This document shows positions 37,522 to 51,262 of a DNA stretch of 64,000 nt, in pieces. A program made the position numbers and the translations under genes. The notes under the pieces are model-generated. The model did not search any database. It saw only the letters and a list, made by a program, of their open reading frames with translations, and was not told where the DNA came from. Position 1 is the stretch's first letter; each line of letters begins with the position of its first letter. The stretch comes from Octopus sinensis (Eukaryota), in the NCBI RefSeq assembly GCF_006345805.1, contig NW_021831859.1, positions 1-64,000 on the forward strand. The letters are read 5' to 3'.

Positions 37522-37822
37522 TCAAGGGTTCCCAACTGAGGTCCACAGACGCTTTAAGGGGGTCCATGAGTAAAAAATTGTAATTTGTGGGTCCATATAT
37601 GAATTTTGTTTACTAGAAGAGGTTCCTGTATTTATTGAAGTTTTCAAGATTTGTATTTTGAATTTCTGTTATGAATATAAGGAAATTGTTTCATTGTTAG
37701 TCTTTACTAACCTATTTGCAAATATTTTATTTCAAAAATTTTACATGTGTATATATGAGGGTCCACAGATAATAAGATAGCTCTCATGGAATCCACAAGT
37801 AAAATTAGGTTGGGAACCCCTG
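37522..37822. mobile_element. hAT-like MITE
   Basis: Termini CAAGGGTTCCCAAC / GTTGGGAACCCCTG; no clear TSD seen. Confidence 0.55.
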
Positions 37823-38397
37823 ACGTAGGTGATACCCTTGCTGTCGAAAAAGGGGATCATCATGAGTTTACTTTGTGTGACCCCTTTTGCCAGTGAAAAA
37901 CAGGGGCTTGACGCATACAAGTTAATCCCTAAGCAGTGTGGAGCATTTCTTCAGTTCCTGAAGCATTTTTGCCGAAAACTTTATTGCAAAGCAAACTTCC
38001 AAATTGGTTTCACGGCCCAAACGTATTCCATAAACCAGTCAGTTGTGACAAGCAGTGTTTTGTAGGGTGTGTTATAGGGGCTGCTACAACTGTCCCCTTC
38101 AGTATGGAATATCAGGATTCTGCAGGTCAGCTTATTAGATGCATAATAATGGATTACAATAATTCAGGACCCTTAGAATAACCACTCCTAACAAAAAAAT
38201 GTCTCAAAACTTCTGAAATACATATTGTATATGTTAGTGTATAATTGTGTGTAAGTATGTGTGTGTGTGTTAATGTATAATTGTATATGTGTATGTGACA
38301 GTGTATACCTGAGTATGTGCATGTGTATAAATGAGCATGTATATATGTATGTAAGTGTATAAATGTCTCTGTGTGTGTGTTGATGTATGTATATATA

Positions 38398-39264
38398 TGA
38401 GGGAGTACCCTAAAGAAACCAGAATTTTGCAATATTATTTTATCCCCTTAGTTTTGCATGTTTACACTTTTATCACCTTCAAAGTATTCTCCATTTGAAG
38501 CAATGCATCGGTCGAGACACGTTCTCCACTGTTTAAAGCAGTGCTGGGGTTCTTGCCAAGTGATCTCGTTTTTTTCCTTCACCTCTTCCACATCTGCAAA
38601 TTCCGTAGCACCAGCTTTCATCACCAGTGATGACCTTCGAATCAAAAGTCCAGATCAACGTCCAGCTATTCTTTCAGTCCTTGACATGCATTCACTCGTG
38701 ACTGCTTTTGATCTTCCATGACCAAACAAGGCACAATTTTGCTGCAACTCTTTTCATCCGTAATTCCTCACTCAAAATTCGTTGGCAGGAGCACCAAGAC
38801 ACACCAGTCATACCAACAAGTCTGTCAATTGTTTGGTGACGGTCCTCCAAGACCACTTCGTGAATTTTCCTGTATTCATTCCTTTGGGAGTTTGATGGTT
38901 TCCCTGAACGAGGTTGGTCTTCAAGCGACAAGTGACCATTCCTCGTAAACGTGTTTTGATCATGGCAGCATCCTTTTAAGCTATAAGAAGCATGACAACT
39001 GTTTTGGCCACCGTTTTCCGCAGCAGAAAACAGAATTTCATGGAAGCACACTTTTCTTCATTTCAGCCATCGCAAAACTCAGCGAACAAAGGAGAAGCAA
39101 CACAAAACAAATACGCACCATGTGTCAGTACAACTGCACTTGACAATGCTGGTCTGCAGCCTGATGCCTGAGGTTTGCATCAAGTGGTTTCTAGCAACAG
39201 AAGCCTGAACTACAATGGGCTTGTCCCACAGAAAACATTTCACGTGACTTTAGGGCGCCCCTTC
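38398..39264 (-). mobile_element. Internally deleted mariner transposon
   Basis: EDQPRSGKP...DRHQTIDRLVGMTGVSWCSCQRILSEELRMKRVAAK and FKQWRTCLDRCIASNGEYFEGD; imperfect TIRs TGAGGGAGTACCCTAAAG / CTTTAGGGCGCCCTTCA flanked by TA. Confidence 0.85.
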
Positions 39265-39404
39265 ATATATTTGTGCATAACTGCTTCTGTGTATTTATAT
39301 ATTTGTTTTGCAAGATTCTTGATGTGAAATCATGTGTTGAAACAGATGTTTGTTGTATTTAGGAATGGTCATGTTGCCAGTTTAGCCAATAAACTCTGGC
39401 CAAA

Positions 39405-39951
39405 ATCATCATCATCATCATTTAACGTCTGCTTTCCATGCTGGCATGGGTTGGATGGTTCAACTGGGGTCTGGGAAGCCCGAAGGCTGCACCAGGCTCC
39501 AGTCTGATCTGGCAGTGTTTCTACGGCTGGATGCCCTTCCTAACGCCAACCACTCCGTGAGTGTAGTGGGTGCTTTTTACGTGCCGCCGGCACAGGTGCC
39601 AGGGGAGTCTGGCATCGGCCACGATCGGTTGGTGCTTTTAACATGCCACCGGCACGAAAGCCAGTCAAGGCGGCGCTGTCATCGGCCACGTTCGGATGGT
39701 GCTTTTTGTGTGCCATCGGCACAGAAGCCAGTCAAGGCGGCTCTGGCATCGGCCACGTTCAGATGGTGCATTTTATGTGCCACCGGCACAGAAGCCAGTC
39801 GAGGCGGCGCTGGCATCGGCCACGTTCGGATGGTGCTTTTTATGTGCCACCAGCACAGAAGCCAGTCGAGGTGGCACTGGCATCGGCCACGTTCGGATGG
39901 TGCTTTTTATATGCCACCGGCACAGAAGCCAGTCGAGGCGGCGCTGGCATC
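39405..39951 (-). mobile_element. RTE 3' UTR fragment with an expanded 67-bp tandem array
   Basis: Unit starts at 39569, 39631, 39698, 39765, 39832 and 39899. Shorter copies at about 16165-16640, 18645-18895, 25160-25850, 28645-29005, 34000-34490, 47750-48115, 48400-48670, 56270-56510 and 63610-63920. Confidence 0.85.
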
Positions 39952-40699
39952 TAATGTAAAAAATAAATAAAGCTGATGCAAATGAACACCAAATATACAG
40001 TGCATGTGTTTTTATTGGCTAAACTGGCAACATGACCACCCCCAAATACAACAGTGTTTGTGTGTATTTTGGTATGTAGCTGTATGTTAGTGCGCATAAA
40101 TCTATCTGCGTCGTATAATTGCCTGTATATGTAATTTGCGTTGTTACTGCATGCGTATTTGCCTGTTGCCGAAGATAAGAGGGCATTGTTGTTGTTGTTG
40201 TCATTGATGTCGTTTTAGATACCTGCTTAATCTTTAAATCAATTGATTCCACAGCTTCCGACGACGATCCTATTGACCTAATTATGGCTCTAACCAATCA
40301 ACTGTTAATTACAAGCAACACCTCATTGTCAGTGTGGTGATTGGGTAGGGTGCAAGGACACACGTGGGTGTGCGGGCAGGGCCTTTAAAAAGTGGCTGCA
40401 TGCACCTGAGGCATGGCTCATCATCAGACAAGCCACGCTACTAAAAATAAAAGTGAAAGTAAATTTTTCTTTAGGCATGCCCTTCAAAAGCTCCCAGGGG
40501 CCACAGTTTGCTTATGACTGGTGTCAGGTATATATCGTATGTGCGGTGATTGTGCAAAATATGTGTTGGCTTAGATTTTACGTAGAAAATATACTGCATC
40601 AATTATTTTTACTATTCAAATTAATATCATCATCATCATCATTGTCATTTTCGTTATTATTATTATCATCATCGTTATTTTTGTTACTATCATAATTAG

Positions 40700-40735
<36 letters not shown>

Positions 40736-40835
40736 CATTATTTATGGGTTTTTCTTCTTTCAAATTTGCTTCCATTTCTTGCCGAGTGTCTTCCCGACTC
40801 CTAGGGCAAAGAAACTCTATTATTATTATTATTAG

Positions 40836-40866
<31 letters not shown>

Positions 40867-42099
40867 GTTGTTGTTATTATTATCATTGTTGTTGTTGTTA
40901 TCATTATTGTCATCGTCATTATTGCAATGAAATATTTATATTTATGTTTATTTGTTTTGTTTTTGTTTTTTTCCAGAACCAGCAAATCCAGGATAAACCT
41001 CCAAAAACCATTATTTATCTCAGTTATCCAAGATATTTACTGTTGCTGTTGTTGTTGTTGTTCCTTTGAATCTCAACTCAAGTCGGTTAATTAACTGACA
41101 GAGATAATGTATCATAAATAATCCTTAATCTTTAATCTCTTTAAAACCACGTCACAGAACAAGTATTATTTCCTTAATCCGTGTAGTAAAGATATCCTGT
41201 AAGGTTTGTTAGTAAATAGTTATTGCTTGAAAGTGTAAGCGTGGCTGAGTGGTTTAGGATGCTTGCTTTCCAACCATGTGGCTACAGGTTCAGTCCCACT
41301 ATGCACCCCGGACCAACCAGAGCCTTGTGAATGGATTTGGTAGATGGAAACTGAAAGAAGCCCATCATGTGTGTGTGTGTGTGTTTGTGTACCCATGTCT
41401 TGACATTAGATGATATTTGTAACTGAGCATCATCATCATCATCATCGTAAAAGCAATGCTGTTCATTTCAAATCCTCCACAAAAATCACATTAGGCCATG
41501 GGGGTGGGGGGGGAGATATCACCTTGCCGGGGAACAGGTGAGGGTTGTTGACAGGAAGGGCATCCAGCCATGGAAAATCTTCCTCGACAGATTCTTCCAC
41601 CTGACCCAAGCAAGCATGGAAAGCGGGGGATATTAAAATGATAATGATTTAATCAGAGGTATGTCGTTAGTGAAATACTCTCGATGGTGGAATGGTTTCA
41701 TTTATTAGCTGATAACGAGGAGGCTGGGTTACCGTTCTGACTACCTCCCACCCACTTCCAGAACCAATATTTTGCTGTTTTAATGAAACTTTTCCTTCTT
41801 GTTGTTTTAGTTCACATCACTTTACGTTCTGAGTTCAAGTGTCGCCAATGTCAGTGTTGTGTTTTGTCCTCCCGGGGCACAGCGTGGGGGGGAGGAAGGA
41901 GGGATTGAGGGAATATGATATTTGTTGTTAAGTACAGGGGGTCGATGTAGTCTGCTGTTTCCCCACCTACCTCCAGATTCCTAATCTCTGGGTCTGTCTT
42001 AGAAGCCATCCTTAATACTCTCCTCACATTGCTGAAAAATTTGGTTGTGCTGTGCTTTCGAATCCCACCCAGAGTGAAATGTGTGTGTGTGTATTTGTT

Positions 42100-42131
<32 letters not shown>

Positions 42132-42133
42132 CA

Positions 42134-42315
42134 CTTTATTTAAAGCAGCAGAAAATTCAACCAAACCTGTTACTCTGAGCAAAAACTGTCCGATGAATGG
42201 CAACGGGAAACTCAGAGTAACAGGTTTGGTTGAATTTTCTGCTGCTTTAAATAAAGCATATTACTCTACCACTGGTATTTGAGTACTCTTTTTTCCACCT
42301 TGTTTCACATTTATG
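42134..42315 (+). mobile_element. Second copy of the CCGANGA hammerhead element, with a perfect 46-bp inverted repeat
   Basis: 42134-42179 is the exact reverse complement of 42211-42256. The body matches 21907-22070; both copies sit in (TA)n. Confidence 0.75.
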
Positions 42316-42325
42316 TGTTTACTCC

Positions 42326-42370
<45 letters not shown>

Positions 42371-43998
42371 GCATATATGTATAAATATGAATATGTATAC
42401 ATATGTATGTATATATGTATACATATATCTGTGTGTGTATATATATATATATATATATCACTGTGATCACTGTGACCGAACAGGCTATCAGATGTTGCTA
42501 CACATCGCTGGTCACAATGCGCTTCACATTGTTTTAGCCTTCAAATGACGCCACCCCACTGGCTAAGCGAGCAGGCCAATATATATATATATATATTCAT
42601 ATATAAATTGTTTAATATTTTTTTAAAACCAAGACCAATATTGAAAAAATATTTAAAACATATATACCAGACAGTGTTTCACAAAAATTATGCTACCTTA
42701 ATATATATATATATATATATACACACATAAACATACATGTGTATATACCTATACATATTTATATTTATATATATAGCAGTTCGACAAAAGAGACCGATAG
42801 AATAAGCACTGGGCTTACAAAAGAATAAGTCCTGGGGTTGAGTTGCTCGATTAAAAGCGGTGCTCCAGCATGGCCACAGTCAAATGACTGAAACAAGTAA
42901 AAGAGTATGTGTGTGTCAAATAGCTATACGCCTATCTAATAAATTCTTCTCTCTCACCATTTCCACCATATCTAGATTCTAAACTTATACACAAGACATC
43001 ATCAGGACCCTGCATATAGACAAAAGGGTCCTCACTAGATGCCGCTTGAGTGCAATATCAGCGCTCCAACATAGAATATTTGGATGACCTCTCTCACACT
43101 TTTTTTTTTGTTAGAAGCGTTCATGTTGTTGTTGTTGTTGTTGTTGACACTAACGACCTGCGGATGTTTTGTTGTTTCTTTTGTTTTTTAATTAAATGAT
43201 AATAAATTATTAAAGAAACATTTCACGCTTTGTTCTCTGTTGTTGTTTTTTTTGTTTGTTTTTTGATGGGGGTGTTGTTTTTTTGTAAATATTCGAAGGA
43301 GTGGCTGTGTGGTAAGTAGCTTGTTTACCAACCACATGGTTCCGGGTTCAGTCCCACTGCGTGGCACTTTGGGCAAGTATCTTCTACTATAACCTCGGGC
43401 CGACCAAAGCCTTGTGAGTGGATTTGGTAGACGGAAACTGAAAGAAGCCCGTCGTATATATGTATATATATATATATATATACGTGTGTGTCAGTGTGTT
43501 TGTCCCCCTAGCATTGCTTGACAACCGATGCTGGTGTGTTTACGTCCCCGTCACTTAGCGGTTCGGCATAAGAGACCGATAGAATAAGTACTGGGCTTAC
43601 AAAAGAATAAGTCCCGGGGTCGAGTTGCTCAATTAAAGGCGGTGCTCCAGCATGGCCGCAGTCAAATGACTGAAACAAGTAAAAGAGAGAAAAGAGAATG
43701 CATGGGTTTGTACTTAAGAAACTCAATTTGCAACCATATGGTTTCAGGTTCAGTCCCACTCTATGGCACCTTGAGCTGTATTATATTCTTCTATTTCTTT
43801 TATTTGTTTCAGGCATTTTGATCGCGGCCATGCTGGAGCACCACCTTTAGTTGAACAAATTGACACCAAGACTTATTCTTTGTAAGCTTAGTATTTATTC
43901 TCTAGGTCTCTTTTTGCCGAAGCGCTAAGTTTCGAGGATGTAAACACACCAACATCGGTTGTCAAGTGATGGTGGAGGGACAAACACAGACACACAAG

Positions 43999-45312
43999 TC
44001 TTGTGTATAAGTTTAGACAAATTTAACACGCCTTCAGGTAGATGGCCCTGCTCGATCTGTAGAAAAGGCATAGGTAGGAACTCTATAAGATGCACCAAGT
44101 GTAAGCTATGGACACATAAGAGGTGCAGCAATGTCAAAGGAAGGCTAACTAGGAAAATAGTTTTTGTATGTGGCAGATGCTCTGGTGCAACAAACACTGG
44201 AAATGCGCAGAGACCATCTTCCGTCACATTCCAGGGAGAAAAACTAGAAATAGTTGATAGTTTCCGTTACCTAGGTGACCAAGTCAGTAGCGGGGGTGGG
44301 TGTGCCGAAAGTGTAACTGCTAGAGTAAGAATAGCCTGGGCAAAGTTCAGAGAGCTCTTACCTCTGCTGGTGACAAAGGGCCTCTCGCTCAGAGTAAAAG
44401 GCAGACTGTATGACGCATGTGTACGAACAGCCATGCTACATGGCAGTGAAACATTGGCCGTGACTGCTGAGGATATGCATAAGCTTGCAAGAAATGAAGC
44501 CAGTATGCTCCGATGGATGTGTAATGTCAGTACTCATACTCGGCAGAGTGTAAGTACCTTGAGAGAAAAGTTGGACCTAAGAAGCATCAGATGTGGTGTG
44601 CAAGAGAGGTGTCTACGCTGGTATGGACACATAGTAAGAATGGATGAAGATAGTTGTGTGAAAATGTGCCACACCCTGACGGTTGAGGGAACCTGTGGAA
44701 GAGGCAGACCCAGGAAAACCTGGGACGAGGTGGTGAAGAACGACCTTCGCTCTTTAGGTCTCACCGAGGAAATGACCAGAGACCGAGACCTTTGGAAGTA
44801 TGCTGTGAGTGAGAAGACCCGGCTGGACAAGTGAGGCCATAAACCATGGCCCCTACCTGGAACATAGTCAGTGCACCTATGCTTACCTTCCTTCTTGGGA
44901 CACATAACTCTACTTGTGAAGACCTGTTGAGGCAAGTGAAAATGGACAAAATCAAAAGCAAACTGGATGAACATTAATGGAATTTGTAGTTTTGTGGTAC
45001 CAGTGCCGGTGGCACATATGAAAACCATCCGAACGTGGCCGTAGCCAGTACCGCATTGACTGGCCTCCGTGCCAGTGGCACGTAAAAAACACCATCCGAG
45101 CGTGGCCATTCGCCAGCCTCGTCTGGCACCTGTGTCGGTGGCACATAAAATCACCCACTACACTCTCGGAGTGGTTGGCGTTAGGAAGGGCATCCAGCTG
45201 TAGGAACACTGCCAGATCTGAATGGCCTGGTGCAGCCTTCAGGCTTCCCAGACCCCAGTTGAACTGTCCAACCCATGCTAGCATGGAAAGCGGACGTTAA
45301 ACGATGATGATA
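43999..45312 (+). mobile_element. 5'-truncated RTE-clade LINE with a PHD-like finger, intact ORF2 C-terminus (stop at 44834) and full 3' UTR
   Basis: CSICRKGIGRNSIRCTKCKLWTHKRC...CGRC, then FRYLG, LYDACVRTAMLHGSE, LRWYGHIVRM and GRGRPRKTW. The 3' UTR has GTGCCGGTGGCAC repeats and a CCATGCTAGCATGGAAAGCGGACGTTAAAC(GAT)n tail. Confidence 0.92.
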
Positions 45313-46225
45313 TGGAAACTGAAAGAAGCCCGTCGTGTGTGTATATATATATATATATATCATGTATATATATATATATATTAATGTGGTTTTAGAGTCA
45401 GATTTTGGCTGCTATTTTCAGCATGGCGGTATCTCGTAGATACCCTAAATTATAATTTTAATAATAATTTTCCATGCTGGCCACTTGATAAGATCGTTAT
45501 TTGATATAAATTAACGATCTTATCCTTATTTATATATATATGCATGATGGGCTTCTTTCAGTTTCCATCTACTAAATCCACTCACAAGGCTTTGGTCAGC
45601 CTGAAGCTGTAGTAAAAGACACTTACCCAAGGTGCCATGCAGTGGGACTGAACCCTTAACTAGATGGTTGAGAAGCAAGCTTCTTACCACACAGCCACTC
45701 CTGCAACTAAATGTATTTTCAAAATTAATTGAAATGAAGGCCAAAACATTCTTCACTGGTGCCGGTGCCACATAAAATGCACGCTGTCCACTTCGCAAAG
45801 TGGTTGGTGTTAAGGAAGGGCATACAGCTGTAAAAACCGTGCCGAAACAGACATTGGAGTTTTGTGCAATCCTCTGGCTTGCCAGCTCCTGTCAAACTGT
45901 CCAACCCATGCCAGCATGGAAAATGGATTTGAGGAGGAGGAAATGATGATGATGATGAAGAAGGCACTATACAGTATTTCATCAGAAATATCCCAGATAT
46001 GATTTCGCTTTTTTTTCTCTTTTCTCTTTTACTTGTTTCAGTCATTTGACTGCGGCCATGCTGGAGCACCACCTCTAGTCGAGCACATCGACCCCGGGAC
46101 TTATTCTTTATAAGCCCAGTACTTATTCTATCGGTCTCTTTTGCCGAACCGCTAAGTGACGGGTACATAAACACACCAGCATCGGTTGTCAAGCAATGCT
46201 AGGGGGACAAACACACACACACACA

Positions 46226-46264
<39 letters not shown>

Positions 46265-46265
46265 C

Positions 46266-46372
<107 letters not shown>

Positions 46373-47065
46373 CATATATACGACAGACTTCCTTCAGTTT
46401 CCGTCTACCAAATCCACTCACAAGGCTTTGGTTGGCCCGGGGCTATAGCAGAAGACACTTGCCCAAGATGCCACGCAGTGGGACTGAACACGGAACCATG
46501 TGGTTGGTTAGCAAGCTACGTACCACACAGCCGCTACTGCGCCTAGATCTTTCCTTCTTGTTTACTCTTTCGGCGCCAACCAATCTGACACTGTCTGTGG
46601 CTCTTTGATACAAACTTCCTCTTCTAAAGTGATCTCTAAGTTAAAATCTTCCGTTGGAATTTCATGTTAATTCATGTTCCAAACACCAGCTAAATAATGG
46701 CAAATTCTTCATTATTTTCAAAATCAGAACAAAGGCAGAGTATGGCGACCAAAATTTGGCATCAAAAGAGTTAAAGAAATCAAAATTAAAACCTTCTGTC
46801 AAAATTCCTTAATTTATTTCTGAAATACCAACTTCATAATAAGTTATAAATTAGAAGAAAGGCAGAGTATTTCAAGAGAAATATGGTAACAAAAGGGTTA
46901 AATCACTTGTTAAGGTTATCCCTACGGATTCTCTTTAGAAATTATAACCAGCACTGGTTTTCTATTATGATGTTTCGTACCCAAGATGTCTGATGTGAAG
47001 AAACAGTGAGACCAAAGATGAAAATGGGTAACGGGCATATCCGCAATATTTTGGGAGTTTCTACT

Positions 47066-47356
47066 CATTCATCAGCACCCATAACTCATCAATCATCATC
47101 ACCTGTCTAACTCATTTATTATCATCACTCATCTAACTCATTAATCACCATCACCCATTTAACTCATTAATCATCAGTACCCATCTAACTCATTAATCAT
47201 CATCACCCATCTAACTCATTAATCATCAGTACCTATCTAACTCATTTATCATCAGCACCCATTTAACTCATTAATCTCAGCACCCATCTAACTCATTAAT
47301 CATCATCACTCATCTAACTCATTAATCATCATCACCCATCCAATCCATTAATCATC
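47066..47356. repeat. 26-bp minisatellite, about 11 copies
   Basis: Unit TAACTCATTAATCATCA(T/G)CACCCATC; AACTC recurs at 47161, 47187 and 47213. Confidence 0.9.
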
Positions 47357-49157
47357 CAGGAACTCATTCTTTAACCCTTTAGTATTTAAACCGGCCATAT
47401 CCGGCCAAAATAGTTAATCTGTTTTATGTTCAAACTGACCAGATCCAGGCTCTCACACCTACCCTACAATGTTATTCTACATTAAGTAATTACACCATCA
47501 AGATCTTGAAGATATGAGATAATGCATGATTAATTCAAATCAATGGGAATCAATAGGCATTATGTTTGATAGAATAATCTTAACCTAATAAAGGGTTAAA
47601 CAGCCACTAAATACAGCGGTGTAGCTTTATTGGATGTACCAGTTTTACATATGAAACACATTCCTGGAAGCTGGTTCGTAAATATTAATGACCTGTAGGG
47701 ACATAGTAGAGATGACCTTAACAAGTGATTTAATAGCACTGCCTACACTGACACCTGTGCAAGTAGCATGTAAAAAGCACCATTTGAGCATGGCCAAAGT
47801 CCAGTGCCAGTGACAGGTAGTAAGCACCATTCGAATGTGGCCGATGTGAGTGCCGCTTGACAGGCACCCATGCCGGTGGCATGTAAAAAGCACCATTCAA
47901 GCATGGCCAGTGCTGCTTGACTAGCACCTGTTCCAGTGGCATGTAAAAAGCACCCACTACACTCTCGGAGTGGTTGGCATTAGGAAGGGCATCCAGCTGT
48001 AGAAACCTTGCCAAATCAGATTGGAGCCTGGTGCAGCCTCCTGGCCTGCCAGTTCTCAGTCGAACCATCCAACCCATGCCAGCATGGGAAGCAGACATTA
48101 AACGATGATGATGAACACAGTTGAACGTGGTATTAACTTATAAAAACATTTAATATACTCTGAATTATGTTAGGGTTGCATAACAAAATACCAATTGTGT
48201 CTACAAGTCACTGAAAGGACTAAAGTGATCTAAATTTAAGCCTTCCATCAAAATTCCATTCCAAGTCTGAAATACCAGCTTAAATAATAAGTTATTGTGC
48301 TGAGTTCATTATTTTCTAAATTAATCAGATGAAAAGCAGTGTATTTCAGCAGAAAAATGGCAACAAAGGGATTAAAATGATACATCAACATCAAAATAAG
48401 AATCAAATGGAAATTGTAGTTGTGATACCTGTGCCGGTGGCACGTAAAATGTACCATCTGAACGTGGTCGATGCCAGCGCCACCTTGACTGGCTTCCGTG
48501 CCGGGGACACGTAAAAGCACCCACTACACTCACGGAGTTAGGAAGGACATCCAGCTGTAGAAACACTGCCAGATCAGACTGGAGCCTGGTGCAGCCTCCT
48601 GGCTTCCCAGACCCCGGTTGAACCATCCAACTTGTGCTAGAGCAGAAAACGGACATTAAACGATGATGAATTGAAATCTTACGTGAAAATTTCATCTTAA
48701 TTGATATTCCAAACTCCAGCTTAATATAATCCTTTGTACTAAAGGCACGAGGCCTGAAATTTTGTTTTTCATCCCTTACGTAAGACTAAATACTGCTAAG
48801 CATTTTGTCCAACGTATTAATGATTCTGCCTGGTCCCTGGCTTAACCCTTCTGCATTCAGATTATTTTGTCGAATATAATCCTTATTTATTCCCTTTGTT
48901 TTGAGTTAATCCTGCATTAACTCATAGCTTCCAAATTTCGATTACGTTTTCTTTTACCCTTTTATTTGTTTCAGTCATTTGAATGCGGCCATACTGGAGC
49001 ACCGTCTTTAGTCGAGCAAATCGACACCGGGACTTATTCTTTGTAAGCTTAGTACTTATTCTATTGGGCTATTTTGCCGAACTGCTAAGTTACGGGACAT
49101 AAACACACCAACATCAGTTATCAAGCGATGGTGGGGGAGACACAGACAGACACACAA

Positions 49158-49192
<35 letters not shown>

Positions 49193-49519
49193 ACAGGCTT
49201 CTTTCAGTTTCCATCTACCAAATCCGCCTACAAAGCTTTGGTCGACCCAAGGCTATAGTAGAAGATACTTGTCCAAGGTGCCACACGGTGGGACTGAACC
49301 TGGAACCATGTGGTTGGGAAGCAAGCTACTTACAACACAGCTACTACTGTGCCTATGCCCACAGCCTCTGACATTGTAGGCTAGGTGCAAGAGGTTGAAT
49401 ATGGTCAGTGTACATAAAACAGGTAGAATATTTACTAAATTCTTCATTTTTTTTCAAAATTATTCAAAACAAATGCAGTATATTTCAGTCGTTAAGTAAC
49501 GAAGGTGCATGGCCAATTA

Positions 49520-49710
49520 TTTAGGGTTAGTTAGTTAGTTAGTTAATTTGGCTCAAAAGCAAATAGCAAGGCTATGTAGGGGGACATGGAGTTAAGTACA
49601 GGGTGGTGTTCATGTAAAGAGTTCAGGCCACTTGAGGTCCAGGGAGGCTTTGAACAAAGCGGTCGTCGGCATCTTCACCATCTCGTCTGGCAGCTTGTTC
49701 CACGGATCCT
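49520..49710 (-). mobile_element. CR1 LINE extreme 3' end
   Basis: PWNKLPDEMVKMPTTALFKASLDLKWPELFT*, followed by a short UTR and a (TAAC)n tail. Confidence 0.75.
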
Positions 49711-50734
49711 GGGCCAGGCAGTATGTTGTGTTCTTAAGCAAGTCTCTTCATTCCGTGTTGCTTTAGTCTCTTCTGCTAACAATGAACACCAATGGTAGCT
49801 AGAGATTAACTTTTCGATAGACTGGCTTCCTATCCAGGGATGCGAGTTGTCTTGACCATTCAGCTGTTTAAACGTCTTGGAACCTCATATAGGCTCCAGC
49901 CTAAAGGCCCTCTTTTGCTCCTGGCAGATTTTAAATTTAACTTTATAATTAAGCCTGTTAGCTCCCACTTGACTATTTGCTCACCATGCAGATGAGGGCT
50001 CTGGGAAAAGTTCATCTGCTCCTTAAATCTCACCTGCTTCTGTACAAATCTACTTTGAGGAACTATTTCTAAGATTGGCCAATAGTTCCTGGGACCACCA
50101 ACAGGTTTTCAATGGTTGTCCCCTGATATTTGTGGGTCTCCGGGGTTGGGGGGGGAGTGAATTTTGGATTTTGAATTAAAACTGCAGAGATTTTACACTA
50201 AATGCTGTAAAGATTTGGTTCCAGGCTCAACTATTCCCTCTACACTACAACCACAACTACCCCCTTTACTACTATTACTACAACAACAACAACTAGTACT
50301 ACAATCACCATCACTGACTATAACTGTTACTATTACTACAACTACTACTACTGTCACCATCACTTACAACTGTTACTACTACTACTACTACAACCACCAC
50401 TACTATTACTACTGCTGTTACGACTACTACTACTACTATCACCATCACTTACTACAACTGTTACTATTACTACTACTACTACAACTACCACAATCACAAC
50501 TACCACAACCATCCCCTTTACTACTACTACTATCACACTACCACCACCACCACAACTACTATTACTCCCACCACCAACACCACTACTATTACTACTACTA
50601 CTACTACCAACACCATCACTGACCACCACCACTGCAATTAAAAATTTGGGGCTGAACTTCGACCAACAGCACACACACACACATACACACACCATATACC
50701 CTCCCCCCACAAATTTCCCACATACCCATACACA

Positions 50735-51231
50735 AAATAATAATAATAATAATAATAATGGTAATAATAATAATAATGATAATAATATAATAATAATTAT
50801 AATAATAATAATAATGGTAATAATAATAATAATGATAATAATAATGATAAAAATAATAATAATAATGATAATAATAATAATAATGGTGATAATAATAATA
50901 ATGATAATGATAATAATAATAATAACAATAATAATAATAATAAAAATAATAATAATAATATTAATAATAATAATGATGATGATGATGATGATAACAATAA
51001 CAATAATAATAATAATAATAATAATAACAATAATAATAATATTAATAATAATAATAATAATAATGATGATAACAATAATAATAATAATAATGATAATAAT
51101 AATAATAATGGTAATAATAATAATAATGATAATAATAATAATAAAAATAATAATGATAATAATAATAATAATGGTGATAATAATAATAATGATAATAATG
51201 ATAATGATAATAATAATAATAACAATAATAA

Positions 51232-51262
<31 letters not shown>

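Noticed and set aside
39569-39951. CRISPR-like array of palindromic repeats
   Set aside because: The inter-repeat segments are near-identical rather than unique spacers, there are no cas genes, the context is eukaryotic, and the array is part of an RTE 3' UTR.
47050-47080. CTGATGA...GAAA on the minus strand
   Set aside because: Only 7 nt separate the boxes and no stem II can form; it lies at the edge of a minisatellite.
50207-50224. VKIWFQ homeodomain-like hexapeptide
   Set aside because: No NRR continuation, no GT donor and no upstream helices; the DNA resembles a decayed SINE head (TGGTTCCAGGTTCA).
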